A stretch of DNA of 63,884 nucleotides, filler included, from Vannella sp. (taxonomy: Eukaryota): NCBI GenBank assembly GCA_023345925.1. It is 7 parts of 7 records of this genome, joined end to end, with 100 filler letters (N's around TTAATTAATTAA, not from the genome) between each part and the next. Parts side by side here need not be neighbours in the genome. Positions count along the whole stretch, not along the records: positions 58,560 to 63,884 come from JAJQQN010001045.1; 6 more parts are not named here. The stretch is one strand, 5' to 3'. Below are positions 61,781 through 63,884 of the stretch, piece after piece. The translations under genes and the position numbers were made by a program. How positions within the stretch are numbered: position 1 is the first letter of the stretch; every line of letters starts with the position of its first letter. The notes under the pieces are model-generated. The model had not been told where the DNA came from, did no database searches, and saw nothing but the letters and a program-made list of their open reading frames with translations.

Positions 61781-62719
61781 ATGTCTGCTAACTTCTCCCA
61801 AGAATTGATTAAGTTGATCATCTCCTTCAAGCCTGAGCCCGAGGAGCCATCTCCCGAACCTGTCCAAAAGAAGCCTGTTGGAGAGACCATCAAGCAGGTG
61901 CTGAGTCGCTTTGGAGTCCGTGTGGCCGAGCAAGATGACGTGTGGAGTGCAATCCTTCGCCTTCCAGAGCCTTTCCCAGTCTTGATCAGAGCCCAAGCCA
62001 CCCAATGGAGCAAGGACCCGAGCCAGGTCGATGGCACAGTCCAATTCATTGCTCGCATGCTTGGTGTCTCTTCTGAGTGCTTGACTGCTGAGGTGAAGGA
62101 GGCTTTGGAAGCCATCTCTCAATCAGCCGAGGTCTCTCCCCTGGAGAACAACGTTGCTGCCTCAGCAGAAGCTGCTCAAGTCCCAGAAGAGACTGCTCAA
62201 GTCCCAGAAGAAGCCGCTCAAGTCTCAGAAGCTGCTCCAGCTCCTGAAGTGATCGAAATGGTGATTCCAGGCATTCAAAGACGCACTCGAAGACGAGGAG
62301 CCCGTGGTCTTCAAGCACGATGCGAAGGCTTGCGTTTCCACCATGCCACTTGCGATCATTGTAAGACTGGTATCCGGGGAATCCGCTACAAGTGCACCGA
62401 ATGCCCCGACTTTGACCTTTGCTCTGACTGTGAGGCGATTCACACAGCAACCCCCATCCACAAGGATCACGTCTTCGCCAAGCTTTACAACCGGGAAGGA
62501 TATCACGCTGTCCAAAAGATCATCAACGAGAACCACAGCTGCGAAAGAGGAGGAATGAGCGTTTCCCCATCTCGCCACCAGCCCACTGGAGCAATGCCGC
62601 GAGTAGAAGCCTTAGAGACTCAAGTGAAGGCACTCCAAGAGATGGTCCGCCAACTGTCCACCACCAACATTGAACCCGCACCAGTTCGCCGTCTGCCCGC
62701 CAGCTTCCTCCTTTGTTGA
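61781..62719 (+). CDS. ZZ-type zinc finger protein with C-terminal coiled coil
   Basis: HATCDHCKTGIRGIRYKCTECPDFDLCSDCE; internal AAQVPEE repeats near 62168-62238. Confidence 0.88.
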   Translation: MSANFSQELIKLIISFKPEPEEPSPEPVQKKPVGETIKQVLSRFGVRVAEQDDVWSAILRLPEPFPVLIRAQATQWSKDPSQVDGTVQFIARMLGVSSECLTAEVKEALEAISQSAEVSPLENNVAASAEAAQVPEETAQVPEEAAQVSEAAPAPEVIEMVIPGIQRRTRRRGARGLQARCEGLRFHHATCDHCKTGIRGIRYKCTECPDFDLCSDCEAIHTATPIHKDHVFAKLYNREGYHAVQKIINENHSCERGGMSVSPSRHQPTGAMPRVEALETQVKALQEMVRQLSTTNIEPAPVRRLPASFLLC

Positions 62720-62878
62720 GCCCATAAAATGGAAATCATTAAAATGAATTATCCAGCAAATCACTCATTTATTAGACTGCAAGCAGGGATTTCAGTTGGA
62801 TCTCCAGGAAGGTCCCTGAGGGAGGGATGCGGTTTATTGCTTCAGTTCCCATTGGGAGAGGCTGACATTGACTCCACT

Positions 62879-63884
62879 CTAGTAAAAGATAGTCTCAGTG
62901 GTGGAGTGTCGCTCAACGGACCGATAAGTGGGGTCTTTGCCTTTGCACCAAAGATAAAAGTCCAAATCCATCGCTACAATGGGAACAGGACGGGACTTGA
63001 GCACAGAAACGATCTTTTCGCAGGCGTTAACAGCCAAAGCACGTAGTTCTACTTCTTCATCGCCAGGAGGAAGAGTCTCCGAGTGATCTATTCTCTTTGA
63101 GAGACTTTCTGACAGCTTCAGGATACCGAATTTGCGCAGTACCGCCGGTAGTACATTATCTGACATGACTGTCAACTCTGCTACATCATGAAAGTGAAAT
63201 TGGGCGGGATACCGAGCCCCTAAGTGCCTTTCCAGGTCGGCACAAAGTAGTTGGGCCTTCTTGAGGATGTGAATTTCCTTTCCTTTGTACCAGTGGATGT
63301 CAGCGAAGGCAGGTATGGCCTCCACAAGAACTTTCACCAAGTCAGCAGCACCTGAATGAGGAAGAGACACTTGTTCCCATATCAGTTCTGCCAAGTCCTT
63401 CTTCCCTTTCTGCTGGAGACTCTCTCCAGTCTGCTGAAACACTCCCACGATGAGATTGGAGAGCCTTGAAAGTGCAGGCGAGTCTCCTCCAAGTTCAAAG
63501 CACTCCACCACCTGCGCCTTTCGTCAGATTCATCTTCAAAAGCCCTCAGAAGCAAGCAGTACCATCTCCACTGAGGTCTCCCTCATAGACTGTGCAGAGA
63601 GCAATGAAGGGCTGCGCAGGAAGAGGTTGGTAATGCCCGTACGGATGGTCTGATAAGCTCCTTTCTTGCTTTGCTGGTGAAGAGGATGGCGGTATCCCGA
63701 GGCAAAGTTCATAAGGTCGATTGCAGCCAAGAAGTTGATCTCCCGTCGAAGTGGCGCAGTCATCCCGAGGAAGACTTCCTCCCCAGGCTTCGGTGGGCCT
63801 TCAAAGTCCACCCCTGAGACCTCTTCCTCGATAGGGACGGCCCAACGGGCTCTCTCCTCCTCTGTAAGAGACTCAGCAAAGCTT
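62879..63884 (-). CDS. QNG1: Queuosine salvage protein (DUF2419/QNG1 family), 5' part outside the window
   Basis: IDLMNFASG, LKKAQLLCADL, LTVMSDNVLPAVL, EEVELRA, LDFYLW, terminal TIFY. Confidence 0.85.

Overview
Eukaryotic DNA from a gene-dense protist genome with short (about 40-80 nt) GT-AG introns. The gene content is amoeba-like, but that is inference. The window joins seven contigs (1-7175, 7276-16668, 16769-28279, 28380-48163, 48264-53643, 53744-58459, 58560-63884) with artificial 100-nt N/TTAATTAATTAA spacers, so adjacency across spacers means nothing. Most genes are housekeeping: Yae1, PI4K-alpha, Sec23/24-like, ATP synthase g, XRN2, PPP1R21, LPAAT, a beta-helix receptor kinase, Sec20, aldehyde oxidase, PPRs, GatC, AP-4 beta, a double SDR and QNG1. 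The standout signal is invisible in the ORF track. A minus-strand gene at 16613-14954 encodes the loop preceding an ankyrin repeat in ten consecutive 3- or 6-nt phase-0 micro-exons, has three more single-codon exons after the repeat, and splices onto a Rab1-like GTPase domain with destroyed switch motifs. This is a candidate splicing-based diversification system for a binding surface. The same contig carries a one-repeat-per-exon LRR pseudogene and a pseudo-GTPase/ankyrin/double-pseudokinase fusion. All gene models were spliced by eye and need RNA support.
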